Positions 1 through 11,183 are shown, counted from the whole stretch's first letter. The stretch: DNA of 63,646 nucleotides, filler included, from Piptocephalis cylindrospora (GCA_003614145.1; 29 parts of 29 records of this genome joined end to end with filler, not necessarily neighbours in it); one strand, 5' to 3'. Notes: generated by a model not told the origin, from the letters alone. Numbers and translations: made by a program.

Positions 1-340
1 CAGCCTCCCCATATAATAGTGGGCCGAGTGAGTACTGTCACCCCACCCAACTCCAGTGACTTGGTCTGGTGGTACGATGTTTCCCGGGTCCAATCAGTCT
101 ACCTGATTTGGGCTGGCTTCACCAGAGGATATGAGCCCAGGGAGAGATAATGAGATGTTGTGGATATTATTCTATTCGTGACAGAATATTCCTACCGTAT
201 CAAAAAGAAAGGATGACATACGTTTAAATTCAACTCCAATCCACTCCATCCCATCCCATCCTTCCATATTTCCTCACCCTTCCTCTCTCTCCCTTCTCTC
301 TCTCTCGCTTTTGCTTATACTCCCTACCACAATCAATATC

Positions 341-1000
341 ATGGATAGTGCATCAATCCATCCATACTACCCGGTCCAGCTGGACTTGCCCCATTACCTT
401 CCGTCACCGTACTCGATGGCCAAGACCCTGGGAATCTTTAGCGTAGCCCTATTAATTATCCTGAGCGGGGCATACACGCTGGCAGCGAAGCGACACTTGG
501 CCACAACCAAGGATCGCATCATTTTCCTATGGTTTGTGATGAGCGGATGCATCCACCTGGGACTCGAGGGCTATTATGCCTTTACCCACCGGACGATCGC
601 GGGCGATAACACAGTACTAGCGAATCTATGGAAGGAGTATGCGCTGAGCGACTCGCGATACCTGTCCTCGGACCCCTTTGTCCTGGTCATGGAATCGGTT
701 ACGGCCATCTTTTGGGGACCTGGTTGCCTTCTTGTGGCCTACTTTCTCCTGACTCGACACCCAGCCCTGCATCCTACCCAGTTGATTGTATCTCTGGGTC
801 AGATCTATGGGTGTGTCCTCTACTACTTCACCACCCTCTTTGAGGGCGGACCCCACTGCCGACCCGAGCCTTATTATTTTTACTTTTACTTTGTCTTCTT
901 CAACATCTTTTGGATTGTCACGCCCCTCTATCTCCTGCGTCAATCCTTCACTGAGATCGTGAAGGCCCTCCGTCTTTCCTCTACGCACAAGACGGAATGA
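341..1000 (+). CDS. EBP: Emopamil-binding protein family (EBP/EXPERA) sterol delta8-delta7 isomerase, intronless and complete
   Basis: ATG at 341. Motifs HPYYP, WFVMSGCIHLGLEG, LWKEYALSDSRY, ESVTAIFWGP, SLGQIYGCVLYY and YFYFYFVFFNIFWIVTP, with several hydrophobic helices. Confidence 0.9.
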   Translation: MDSASIHPYYPVQLDLPHYLPSPYSMAKTLGIFSVALLIILSGAYTLAAKRHLATTKDRIIFLWFVMSGCIHLGLEGYYAFTHRTIAGDNTVLANLWKEYALSDSRYLSSDPFVLVMESVTAIFWGPGCLLVAYFLLTRHPALHPTQLIVSLGQIYGCVLYYFTTLFEGGPHCRPEPYYFYFYFVFFNIFWIVTPLYLLRQSFTEIVKALRLSSTHKTE

Positions 1001-1265
1001 GAGGATGGGGAAGAGGGGGTGCGGGGGGGAGGCAGGGCGAATGGAATAGAAAAGTAATGTATGTATGGATGATTGGAGAGCATATTGACGAGAGGGGGGA
1101 GGATTGAGCAGGAAGGGAAAGGGAGGAAGCAAAAGTACAACAGACTCCCTAGCTGACTTGGAAAAGAGAGAGGAAGGGAAGAGGAGAGGGAAGGAGGAAG
1201 AAAGGTAATAAAAAAAAGAGTTGCCCCTGGGATCTCCTTTCCCCCTCCCTTCAGACGTCTTGCGT

Positions 1266-1985
1266 CTAACTTAAATGGCTAGGAGAATGGTGAAAGAGGG
1301 TCTTCCACATAAAGGCCTCGCTCAGCAACAACTCTACCTCCTTTTCCCCCCAACTCGCCGTTGGGAGAGATTGTAGAAACATCATAATATCCTACAGAGA
1401 GATATTGGTAAGGATAGGCTGATCGTATCCTCCCCCCTCCCGGAACCTTCTTACCTGAAACTCCATCTTCTTCAACCGATCTGACCATTTGACAAGAAAG
1501 GCAGCACAAACATACATGTGAAACTCGCTAAATCCCTCGGATCCTTCGGCCTATGAATGAGAGAGGCGTGGAGTAAAGGAAGAGGTAAGATAAGCCTTGA
1601 TTGTCCAATCGGTGGCCCACCCATCATCCCTCCTGCTTGGATATCTAGTCCAGTTCATCTTCCTTACCAAGTAGGTATCCCACATGCGAATCGTGTTACT
1701 TAGGGAAATCTCGCGCATCAATAGGCAATTCATCCACCGAAAGGCAAATTGTAAAAACTCCACATTTTCGCGGGCAAGATGCATGGCAAGGGGTGCGTCA
1801 ATCCTGTTGATGAGGTCGCGTAACCGTGTGATCTGTCGAAGAATCCCCGGTTGTGCATGGGTATAATTGTCCTGGATACCTTCAAGAAGTTTGGTCAAAC
1901 ACCAGTAGCTATCGGCCTCGACCACCTCCACGATTTCCTCTGAAAGTCCCTCCACAGCCTGGGGAGTGGGAGGTCCGTCTAGGAT
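1266..1985 (-). CDS. GYP1: Rab-GAP TBC domain protein GYP1/TBC1D22, 3' part, multi-exon
   Basis: VEADSYWCLTKLLEGIQDNYTHAQPGI...FLQFAFRWMNCLLMRE...MWDTYL, then spliced exons AEGSEGFSEFHMYVCAAFLVKWS and DIMMFLQSLPTASWGEKEVELLLSEAFMWK. Stop at 1266-1268. Confidence 0.92.
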
Positions 1986-2148
1986 GAGGATGAAGGATGA
2001 GGGGGGGGGGGGGGGGGGCCGCGCCGGGCCCCCTCTTTGGGCTCCCCCCTCTCCCCCCAAAAAAGGGCCCCCCCCGCCCCCCCCCCCCCAGCCCACGGGG
2101 GCCCCCCCCCCCCTTACGCACATCATTACATAGTTTTTTTTCCTGGAA

Positions 2149-2248
2149 NNNNNNNNNNNNNNNNNNNNNNNNNNNNNNNNNNNNNNNNNNNNTTAATTAA
2201 TTAANNNNNNNNNNNNNNNNNNNNNNNNNNNNNNNNNNNNNNNNNNNN
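2149..2248. other. Artificial contig spacer (44 N + TTAATTAATTAA all-frame stop + 44 N), first of 28
   Basis: The same 100-nt block starts at about 2149, 4392, 6627, 8860, 11084, 13195, 15415, 17632, 19847, 21951, 24162, 26372, 28582, 30792, 32999, 35204, 37406, 39603, 41798, 43993, 46184, 48374, 50562, 52746, 54929, 57110, 59291 and 61470. Genes are cut abruptly at these points. Confidence 0.99.
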
Positions 2249-2290
2249 ATATAAAGATCTTACCTTTTACCCGTTGTACCTTCAATTTAG

Positions 2291-3974
2291 AGATTCTCCC
2301 AGACTCCAAGCCCTCTTCTTCCATCCTTGGGGACCAATATGGGACTTGCACTGGTATCCAATGATCCCATCCAAGGTATGTGACTTTTTTGTGTCTCAGC
2401 TCAGGGAGAGAGAGAGAAAGAGAGAGAGAGAAAGGAAGAGAGCTTATTACTTACTCCTGAGTGCGGATGAGTATAGGAGATGGTGGAGAATGGGTGTCTC
2501 GGGATCATAGCAGCATCTTTTGGGGATGGAGCCATACGATTATTCTCCCTTCCGACTCTTTCGTGGATGAAAGAGCACTCTAAAAAATCAGAAGAGGCTC
2601 CATATCAATGTAAGCGCCTCCTCCCTTTCCTATGCTCAACGCCTTGTAGGGTATCTGAGAATATGGCCACTAACTTTATACTTCATCTCTCTCTACTTGC
2701 TAATCATATGTGTCCTAAATTTCAAGTTTTACTTACTCGTGTCCTTCTGGAGCTGCCCATGATGGGTGCAGTGTCCTATGAATTTGACTGGTCTTCTCAA
2801 GGGATACTGGCAGCTGGATGTAGTGATGGTATGTGGTTGCATGATCTCTTTTCCCCTACTTGATGCCTCATTCTATGCTATAGGGAGTGTATTAGTTTGG
2901 GATATACCGAGTATTCTTCGAGAGAGACCGGAAGCTCCCCAGAGTACTTTATCCATGGACGGGACCCTTGAGGATGCCCTCATTATGGAGGGTCAATCTG
3001 ACGCTACGAGACCGAATTGTTCTCCCAGCATTCATATTCCTTTGCACGACAGCTGCATCCGGGGATTGGGACAGGGGTTTACGGAAACTGATCCAAGGAC
3101 CCTAATCCTCTGTAGCGCAGGATACGATGGCCGCATCCTTATCACTGATCTCTCCAAGCCCTGGTGGCCGAGGTTGGTCCATCGGAAACGAGGCAAGTCA
3201 TGTTGCGATACAATGAGCAGAGCTTAGAAAGGATAGGCTAGGACATGTATTATTGGGAATTCCCCCTTTCACCAAACGCATCCTTCATTAACCTTATCCA
3301 TCAGACTTTGTTGCCGTAGCAAAGTGGTATAGGGAAAAGGCCGAACTGTGCATCTACGTGGACGGGGACAATCGGGTGACGTGTGTTGATGCCACCATTG
3401 ACATTGGTCATCATTCCATTGCTCAGCATGACGGCATGGTGTGGGACGTAGGGATCAGTCGACGGTCCCCACTCTTGCTATCCGTATCCACGGATGGTAC
3501 AGCTAAGCTGAAGAATCTAGCTACGATCACCAAGAGGGGTCAGGTGAGCCGAGAGAAGAGGCGAGAAGGAAGAGGAGGAGAGAGGAATGCGCATGCTGAT
3601 TATTCCTTGAATCATAACTGTCTCCTGTGCCCAGGAACACCCCGAGTACCTTCTCTTTGATGTGACTCAAGATGTGGATTCGGATGTTCTTTCTTTTTCA
3701 CCTTCAGGGCCCAGAAAGAAGCCAGAGTACCTGGGGAAATCATCCCGGACCACTCGATTATACCATCCTAATGTCTCAGTCCAACGGGTGAGTATTTGGC
3801 TTTTCAAAGATTTAAAGGGGGCGCTTGAGCTTTATTTAACTGACTGTGACTTCATACGTGGCGTGGAATGGATGACGGTAGACAAGTTGGAATGAAAACG
3901 GACGGGATGCCTCGGGATGGGTGGCTACCGGAGGCGCGTCCGGGTGGGCTCGGATGGACTATGTGATTGAATGA
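2291..3974 (+). CDS. TFC6: WD40 protein, likely TFIIIC subunit Tfc6/GTF3C2, 3' part, multi-exon
   Basis: Exon peptides HPWGPIWDLHWYP, GIIAASFGDGAIRLF, FDWSSQGILAAGCSDG, CSAGYDGRILITDL and HDGMVWDV, ending in GWVATGGASGWARMDYVIE* (stop 3972-3974). GT-AG introns lie between them. Confidence 0.7.
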
Positions 3975-4491
3975 GATGAGGAAGGAACTTATGAGCTGGC
4001 TTTCGTCTGCATCAAGCAGAATGCTCGTGGGTAGGACAACCTTCTGTATTTTGAGCACATGAGCTATAGGCGTGATATGCGATATGGAGTGGTGAACAAT
4101 GCAGGCCTGACATGTGATTTTCATTCAATCGTATCAAAGAGCAACCTGAGCTATAACCCTCTCATGTGTGAGCAGCCCCGGTCGCTAATGCTTTGTCAAT
4201 ATACACCGACCAAGTGTTTTGATGATGACCCGTCTTAACCTTCATTGGATGTATATTCCAGGCTACACACATATGTGTCAAAGCAGGGGTGTGAATTAAT
4301 GACCGTCTCTCTGGCGGTCCCTTATGGCCTTGCGGATACTCTTCTCCTGGGGTAGCATACTCTACCTCATAAAAAGGACCGAGTAAATGCCNNNNNNNNN
4401 NNNNNNNNNNNNNNNNNNNNNNNNNNNNNNNNNNNTTAATTAATTAANNNNNNNNNNNNNNNNNNNNNNNNNNNNNNNNNNNNNNNNNNNN

Positions 4492-5948
4492 CAGCAACTG
4501 ACAAAGACCACGACGGACGAGACGGGTTTAGCCTTCCCCGTCGTAGAAGGAGCCAGGAGGTTTCGAAGCATGGCAACCAAAGTAACTAAACGAAGCTTGG
4601 CTGGAAGCACCACATATTGCTGCTTGAGCTGGCTCGGAGCTCTGTATGTGTCTTGATCCTCCTCTTCATCCTCCCCACTCGCCTCGACATCTCCTTCTTC
4701 CGTTATCTTTTCCTTCACGTCCTCCTTCCGGGCCGTAATCATAACAGGCTTTGTGAGGCCCGAACCAGCCAAATCCTTGACTCCTGCACCAAATGTGGCT
4801 GAGCACAGAATGGTCCTACGGCCGCCATGGCCCGGTCCCCCTCCCTCTCGACCCAGTGACTTCTTCAGGTTGGCCCGACTAGTCAGAATCTCCATAATAG
4901 ATGAAAGAGTCTCGGCAAATCCAAGCTCCAAAAGACGATCAGCCTCATCCATGACCAGCCAAGACAAATGGCCAAGCTCAAAGGATTGGGTATTCCGGAG
5001 ATGGTCGAGTAATCGGCCGGGTGTAGCGACAAGAAGAGTGATCCCCCGCCGAAGTCGAGCCTTTTCCGAAGCCCTCTTGTCCCCTCCGCTAATGCATCCA
5101 GGGACGATCCAATGACGGCCAGGGGAGGTGGAGGAGAAACGGAGGAGTCGAAGGGCGGTGGCCTCTACCTGTTGGGCCAGCTCCCGGGTCGGGACTAGGA
5201 CAATGGCCAGGGTTCCCAAAGTTCCCCGAGCTTCCTTTGCATCCGTAGCCGACATGTGGTGCTGGTGGAGGAGGGAATGGATAATGGGGAGGAGGTAAGC
5301 TAGAGTCTTTCCCGATCCAGTCTCGGCCCGAATGATAGCATCCTTTGATGCGGAGCCGATGGAAGGAATAAGGAGGGGTAGCGAGGCTTTTTGGATGGCA
5401 GTAGGCTGAGAAACTTCCAGACGATCCCTCAGATGATGGGCCATGTCAGCATCAAGACCTAGGGCCTCAAAGGAACCTGGAGCCGGGGCATTCGATGGGT
5501 CTTCCGTTGCCTTCCCCTCTGTTTCGGCTGAAGGGGTCGCAGGAACCGGAGCCTTGGGGACACGTGGATTGGAGGTGAAGAGGGAAGAAACCACATGCTT
5601 TGTTGGAGCATCTGATGTCTTCCTTGCTTGCAAGGTCTGTTCTAGGGTGGAGAGGAGGGCTGCGGTCTCTGCAGATGTGGAAGAAGAGGAGGTTTCGTCT
5701 GTGGTCGGTACTGTGGTGGCCGGTACCGTGGTAAACGAGGCTTTGGAGTTGACTGAGGTCCTGTTAGCTGAACTGACCTGGCCATGAGAAGACCTTTGGA
5801 ATAAGGCCTCCCTAGCCTCCCGCCTCTCGTCCCGCTTCTTCTTCATCCGTTGATCCCGCGTCAGTTTCTGGCGACTTGGTTCATTTGACGCTGCCCCCAG
5901 GGTTGATGAGACCAGGTTAAGGGTGAATCCTGAAGAGTCGTGGGACAT
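4492..5948 (-). CDS. DBP7: DEAD-box RNA helicase DBP7 (DDX31), N-terminal and domain 1 part
   Basis: Motifs AETGSGKTLAYLLP, PTRELA, HWIVPGCISGGDKRASEKARLRRGITLLVATPGRLLDHL, DEADRLLELGF, SAT and APSQLKQQYVVLPAKLRLVTL. Confidence 0.95.
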
Positions 5949-6276
5949 GCTGGCCTTGTTGTGACTGGGAGTAGGAAAGGGGATGGTGTCGGGAAAGGAG
6001 AGCCCTTTTTTTCTTTTTTTTTCCTTGAGCAGCCCCCGATTTGGATTTGATCAGAGAACCGCTGATTTACACCACAGCGGGAGGGCTTGCTGGGGATGAG
6101 TGAGTGAGCGAGTGAGCGTATGTGTGTGGCCTGGATTCAATAGCATGGTGCACCTGAGATTCTGGCACAGCCCTGGTAAATCATCTTAGTGTCTGTGGAG
6201 TGAGGAGTAAGTCCTTCAAGACGCTCGTTTCCTCGATGTTGTTTACCAGAGGAAAGGACAACAGAGCCATCCTTAC

Positions 6277-6626
6277 GACACTCCCAAGTACATCACTGGT
6301 CAAGGTGGATGAGTCCTTTGGAAAGAAAGTCTTGCTTTTGTCGGTAGATTTTTTCTTGCTGGTTGATGAATCCTTTTGGTCTTTTTGCTTACTTTTTTCG
6401 TCTTCTTCATCGTCGTCGTCATCGTCGTCGTCATCGTCAGCATCTGAAGTAAAATCCACCACCCCCTTGGTATCGGCGATATCTTCATCGTCACTGTCCT
6501 CGACTTCTTCAGACATCTCAGTCAAGTCCCTGGCCTTACCTAGGAGTGCCCAAAGAAAGTCCACACCATCACAGCAACTGACAAAGACCACGACGGACGA
6601 GACGGGTTTAGCCTTCCCCGTCGTAG
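6277..6626 (-). CDS. DBP7: Continuation of the DBP7 reading frame, placed upstream of the DBP7 start because the contig is circularly permuted
   Basis: 6572-6626 is identical to 4492-4546. The frame continues VVFVSCCDGVDF plus an acidic insert and ends at a GTAAGG donor. Confidence 0.85.
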
Positions 6627-6726
6627 NNNNNNNNNNNNNNNNNNNNNNNNNNNNNNNNNNNNNNNNNNNNTTAATTAATTAANNNNNNNNNNNNNNNNNN
6701 NNNNNNNNNNNNNNNNNNNNNNNNNN

Positions 6727-7216
6727 TCGCCGCTGGTCTTGTGGATGGTTTAGCCCTAGGCAATAATACCAAAGCCGCCGTCATCCGCATTGGGCTGATG
6801 GAGATGAAGCGCTTTTCCATTCGCTTCTACGGCGGTGTTCGAGAAGAAACATTCTTTGAGAGTTGCGGTGTGGCTGATGTCATCACCACTTGTCTTGGCG
6901 GAAGGAATCGTCGGATTGCCGAGGCTCGTGTCCTTACTGGGAAGGTAAGTCGATGGGTTTGGGGATGGGGCCTCTCTGTTCATAAGTTTGATTCTTTAAC
7001 CACTACCCCTTTTGGGAAATGATCCATATGTAGACGTTTGACGTCCTTGAACGAGAGATGCTCAATGGACAAAAGCTCCAGGGGACCACAACGGCCAAGG
7101 AAATTCACGCTTTGTTGGATCAAGAGGGCATCACCCATGAATTTCCTCTCTTTACCCGTGTTTACCGGATTTGCTACGAGGATCTCGCTCCGGAGCACAT
7201 TGTGACCGATCTGTAA
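6727..7216 (+). CDS. GPD1: NAD-dependent glycerol-3-phosphate dehydrogenase, 3' part, one intron (about 6945-7033)
   Basis: [47 protein letters not shown] and [15 protein letters not shown] at 7214-7216. Confidence 0.95.
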
Positions 7217-7486
7217 GACCCGAATCTTCTTTGTCTGCCCTTGTTTGAGGGAGAGCGGGAGGCACCTTTTTTTTGACATAGAACACAAGATGCTCAGTGG
7301 ACGGTCTCTTTGAATGAACGATTGTTTGTGGATGTCCCGTTGAACTACTGATCCCATATATACATTACATTAGCTAACTAACTCATCGTAGGGAAAAGGG
7401 GCAAATGTTTATTTCGTCATTCGTTCACTTCTGTGAGCAAGCTGGATGAGGTGGTGGTGGCAACACGAGAGGGGAAAAGGGGTGGG

Positions 7487-7900
7487 TCACACTCCATACG
7501 GCCTATTATTATAGTACTCAATCACGGCGTTCTGGCCATGGTCCTGAGAGGAGCGACGATGTGAGTAACCGTAGTTTCTTCCGGTCTTGGTATTCTCAAA
7601 GGGACTAGGGTTATCCTTGCCGTAGTTGACATACAAATAGGGCCTTAAAAGCTCTTCATAGCCGGGACCATAAGCTTTAATGATTTCAGGTACCTCGCGA
7701 GTGATCGTGTGGTCATGAGTATTGTAGTAATAGAAACCAGACTGGTCATCGGGGATACCCTTCCAGACGTCATATTGGAGCTGGTGGACCATGACCTTTG
7801 GTTCCCGCCTCAATCTGCTCCTTAACAGAGGGGCCGCAGTGGTGCTGCTCATATATGCCATACTCGTGACGAGGAGGTAGAGGAGAAAAAGACCGTTCAT
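7487..7900 (-). CDS. Small secreted orphan protein (137 aa) with a WW-like motif
   Basis: Hydrophobic N-terminus MNGLFLLYLLVTSMAYMSSTTAAP, dibasic RLRRE, motif VWKGIPDDQSGFYYYNTHDHTITREVP, Tyr/Gly-rich tail. Complete ORF. Confidence 0.7.
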   Translation of the reverse strand: MNGLFLLYLLVTSMAYMSSTTAAPLLRSRLRREPKVMVHQLQYDVWKGIPDDQSGFYYYNTHDHTITREVPEIIKAYGPGYEELLRPYLYVNYGKDNPSPFENTKTGRNYGYSHRRSSQDHGQNAVIEYYNNRPYGV

Positions 7901-8968
7901 GATGTAAAAAGACGTGTGGTTGTGTTGAATAAGAGAGGGAAAGTGGGCGTGGGTGTTTGTAAAGTGCGTGCACTAAATCTGTAACTTCGTTAAATAAATC
8001 CTGGGGATCTGATGATTCAGGATAATGAGGAGGTGAAAGGGAGAGAGGAAAGGAAGAGAGGAGAGGATGATGAGATGAACCCTTTAAGTCGTTTTATTTA
8101 GATATCCAGGGGCGCCAATATCTCATCTCCAAAGAATATCGAGAGGAAGCGACGCGAAAAAAAGAAAGGCACGTCACAAGATGGTGATGACAGGAGTTTT
8201 TAGGGCTACGGTTAGATGAAGTCGCCTTCAAGGTTGAGATGGAGATTGGGCTAATGTTATCAGGGTTTCTCGTGGCATCGATGCTGTCGAGCACATGGAC
8301 ATCTCGTCCCTACTCCGCCTCTTTTTTATTATTACTATTTGGCGGATGATAAACGATAAATTGGCAATTTTTCGTCATTGTGTGCCCCTGTACGGATGGG
8401 TGGGAGCGAGTCACAAATCCATATAAGTTATGTTGGAAATTTCGCTTTGCCCAGGGCCAATTCTTGATTAATTTAAATTCCTTACTTTTCCAGGAATATC
8501 TCGGGTGTGTTTTCCCCATGACAATACATTTTTATACAGCCAATTTAAATTCCTTGATCCACCAAGTCCGATGGAATGGATGCTGTGAAGCGAGGCTATG
8601 GTGTGGTGCTCTGACTTGGGCTGTTGTGGATGCCCCCCCCATAAGCCACACCAAAGAGAAGGAGGGTGCCTTCAACCACCCGTTCCAGTACCGCGAGATA
8701 CACCTTCACGTCACTCTACGTTCCCTTTTCCCCTCATTCTCTTTCTCTCTCATTCCCTTCCTGTGTCTCACTGGACATGCCGCCTAAAGGAAACAAAGCT
8801 GGTGGTGTCGGGGTCCTGGCTGAAGCGGCTGGCGCGCCCGACACTACCTCTCCAACTGCNNNNNNNNNNNNNNNNNNNNNNNNNNNNNNNNNNNNNNNNN
8901 NNNTTAATTAATTAANNNNNNNNNNNNNNNNNNNNNNNNNNNNNNNNNNNNNNNNNNNNCCATCCTCC

Positions 8969-9362
8969 CTTTTACCCGCACTGGCCCTACCTAATCTAAA
9001 CGATGAATCTTTGCCTACGTGTGTGTGGGTGTGGGTGAAAGGGAGGATGGCGGTGGAGGGAGGATTAAAGAGGGGGAAATGAGATGAGGAAAAGTATGGG
9101 GTGGTTGGTTTGACAGTGTCGTCGGTGTCTGCATCTCCACAGTGCGCCCAACACACACGCTCTATTCCTTGCCCATCCGGTCCGCTCCAGTTTGTCTGAT
9201 GCAGGGTAAGTGAATGGATCAACTAGGAAAGATGGAGATGGAGAACACGAAAGGCCTACACTCTATTCCTCCGAATCAACCGTCGGCGCATACAGAGAGC
9301 CAGGATCTTCACACGTGCAAATGATCATCGTTTAGATTAGGTAGGGCCAGTGCGGGTAAAAG
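8969..9362. repeat. 38-nt perfect inverted repeat (8969-9006 / 9325-9362)
   Basis: CTTTTACCCGCACTGGCCCTACCTAATCTAAACGATGA and its exact reverse complement. Confidence 0.9.
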
Positions 9363-9436
9363 TACGTTTATATCATGACACATGCTACCCTCACTCTCAC
9401 AATCCATCTCCAGTATTCCCCTCCCTCTCCTTCCCC

Positions 9437-11083
9437 TTAAGCCCCAGGCAAGGTTTGCAGATTATCCTGAGCCCGTCGGTACCCAGGCCGTAGTTCCAAG
9501 GCGCGAACATATGCTTCTCTAGCCTCGGGGTAGGCCTTGGCCTGACCCAATGCCACACCCAGCCGATTCCACAGGACGGGATCTTGGGGCCGGACAGACA
9601 GAGCTGTCTCCAAGCACTCCACCGCCCGATCCCACTGACTAGCTAGGGAAAAAGCTAAGGAGAGGCCTTCCTGCAGGGTCGGATCGATTCCACGGCCCTC
9701 GGGACCGGCGGTTAGACGGATACGATCGAGGTACGCATCCACCACCCGATCATGCCCAGAATCATCCGTAATCCTCATCTTTCCCAGATCCTGAGAGGAA
9801 GAGGGGAGAGCGGAGAGAAGGGCATTATAGGCATCGGTCCTAGATCCTTCATTAATCAGGCTACTTGCCAAGGAAATCCACGTTCGTTGCTGAACCGGAG
9901 CATCCACGTACCCAATGGCGACGGCCTGTCGAAAGGCTGCAATGGCCTGTCGATCATCTCCTGTCTCTTGTGCCAGTAGCCCCAGCCTAGTCCATGTCTC
10001 CACCAGGGAGGGGTCCACTCTTCCGTCCTCCCGAGCCCTCATCACCCTGGCCTCCAAGTCTAGCCGCTCCTCCTCTCTGGCCCCTGCAGCCTGGCGTTGC
10101 TGTGGTGAGGATGAAGAAATGGAGGAGGCCATAGTGCCGCGTGTGGGGTCGACGAGGAAGGGGTTATGGCCTGGGAGGAACATGTAGTCGTCATACGTAG
10201 GATCCTGACCTGAATAATCCCCCTCCCTCAATCGGTCCATCCTCCATGGCTTATCCGCCCTTCTCCAAGCTTCTTCCCTTTCGCCAGTAGCTTGATCCCG
10301 TAAGGGTGCGGTGGTCCGATGGAAAATTTCCATAAACGTGTCCATGGCCGAGGGGTCTAGATAGGTTTCCCCTCTAGTAGCCCTACCCAATTCTCCTTCC
10401 ACCTCCCTTCCTGCATCCTGAAGAGGAGGGGTGGGAGAGTGGAAGCTACTAGCTGGGTCGGCATGCGACACCAGGCTCTCCCCCCTCTCCTCTTCCTGCT
10501 CTTGGGAGGGTCTGACAGCCTCATTGCCCTTATCCTGGGTTTTATGGGTCTTGGTGGCTTCGTACGATTCGGCGGGCCAAGCCACATTCATCTCATCCTC
10601 CCCAAAAGCATCCACCTCGTGGGGCACTGTATAGGATCCTTGACGTATCCCGGAGCCCAGAGAAGTGGTGTAGGAGCCCTGAAGCATCCCAGCCCCCGGA
10701 GGATGACCATAAGGGCCCTCCTGTCCTTCATTTTCGACAGGTCTCTGCATTCCTTGTTCAAAGCCCTTTGCCCAGGAATCTCCCACTCTGGCTGACTCCT
10801 CCTCCCGCATACCTCCGTACTCCCGAGCCCATTCAGTCTCCTCCTGGGCCTTGGCCTGACTAAATTCCTTCATCCACTCGTCTACCTGGGATAGCCCTCC
10901 CACGGGTTGCACCACATCGACTACTCGATTTCCCTCGATGGCGGCCTTTCCATCTCTGAATTGCCGCATCAGCCCAGCAAATTGAGATTGGGCAAATTTC
11001 GGATCTCCAGTTGCTTCCATGACTCGAGTCAAGGCAGCGGCTGTGGAGGTCAAGTCCCCGGATCCCGTCTTTCTCCAAGCCTC
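9437..11083 (-). CDS. PEX5: PEX5-related peroxisomal receptor with Pex7-binding motif, WxxxF/Y motifs and divergent TPRs (5' partial)
   Basis: PKFAQSQFAGLMRQFRDGKAAIEGNRVV, then WMKEF, WAREY, WAKGF and YMFLPGHNPF. TPRs include WTRLGLLAQETGDDRQAIAAF and DRAVECLETALSVRPQDPVLWNRLG. Confidence 0.8.
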   Translation of the reverse strand, partial: EAWRKTGSGDLTSTAAALTRVMEATGDPKFAQSQFAGLMRQFRDGKAAIEGNRVVDVVQPVGGLSQVDEWMKEFSQAKAQEETEWAREYGGMREEESARVGDSWAKGFEQGMQRPVENEGQEGPYGHPPGAGMLQGSYTTSLGSGIRQGSYTVPHEVDAFGEDEMNVAWPAESYEATKTHKTQDKGNEAVRPSQEQEEERGESLVSHADPASSFHSPTPPLQDAGREVEGELGRATRGETYLDPSAMDTFMEIFHRTTAPLRDQATGEREEAWRRADKPWRMDRLREGDYSGQDPTYDDYMFLPGHNPFLVDPTRGTMASSISSSSPQQRQAAGAREEERLDLEARVMRAREDGRVDPSLVETWTRLGLLAQETGDDRQAIAAFRQAVAIGYVDAPVQQRTWISLASSLINEGSRTDAYNALLSALPSSSQDLGKMRITDDSGHDRVVDAYLDRIRLTAGPEGRGIDPTLQEGLSLAFSLASQWDRAVECLETALSVRPQDPVLWNRLGVALGQAKAYPEAREAYVRALELRPGYRRAQDNLQTLPGA

Positions 11084-11183
11084 NNNNNNNNNNNNNNNNN
11101 NNNNNNNNNNNNNNNNNNNNNNNNNNNTTAATTAATTAANNNNNNNNNNNNNNNNNNNNNNNNNNNNNNNNNNNNNNNNNNNN

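Noticed and set aside
1985..2148. G/C homopolymer-rich ORFs or G-quadruplex (also 22051-22230 and 57210-57750)
   Set aside because: These are at contig tips and look like low-quality read ends after homopolymers.
8778..8859. ORF start MPPKGNKAGG as a retroelement gag
   Set aside because: Only 27 codons before the contig end, so it cannot be assigned.
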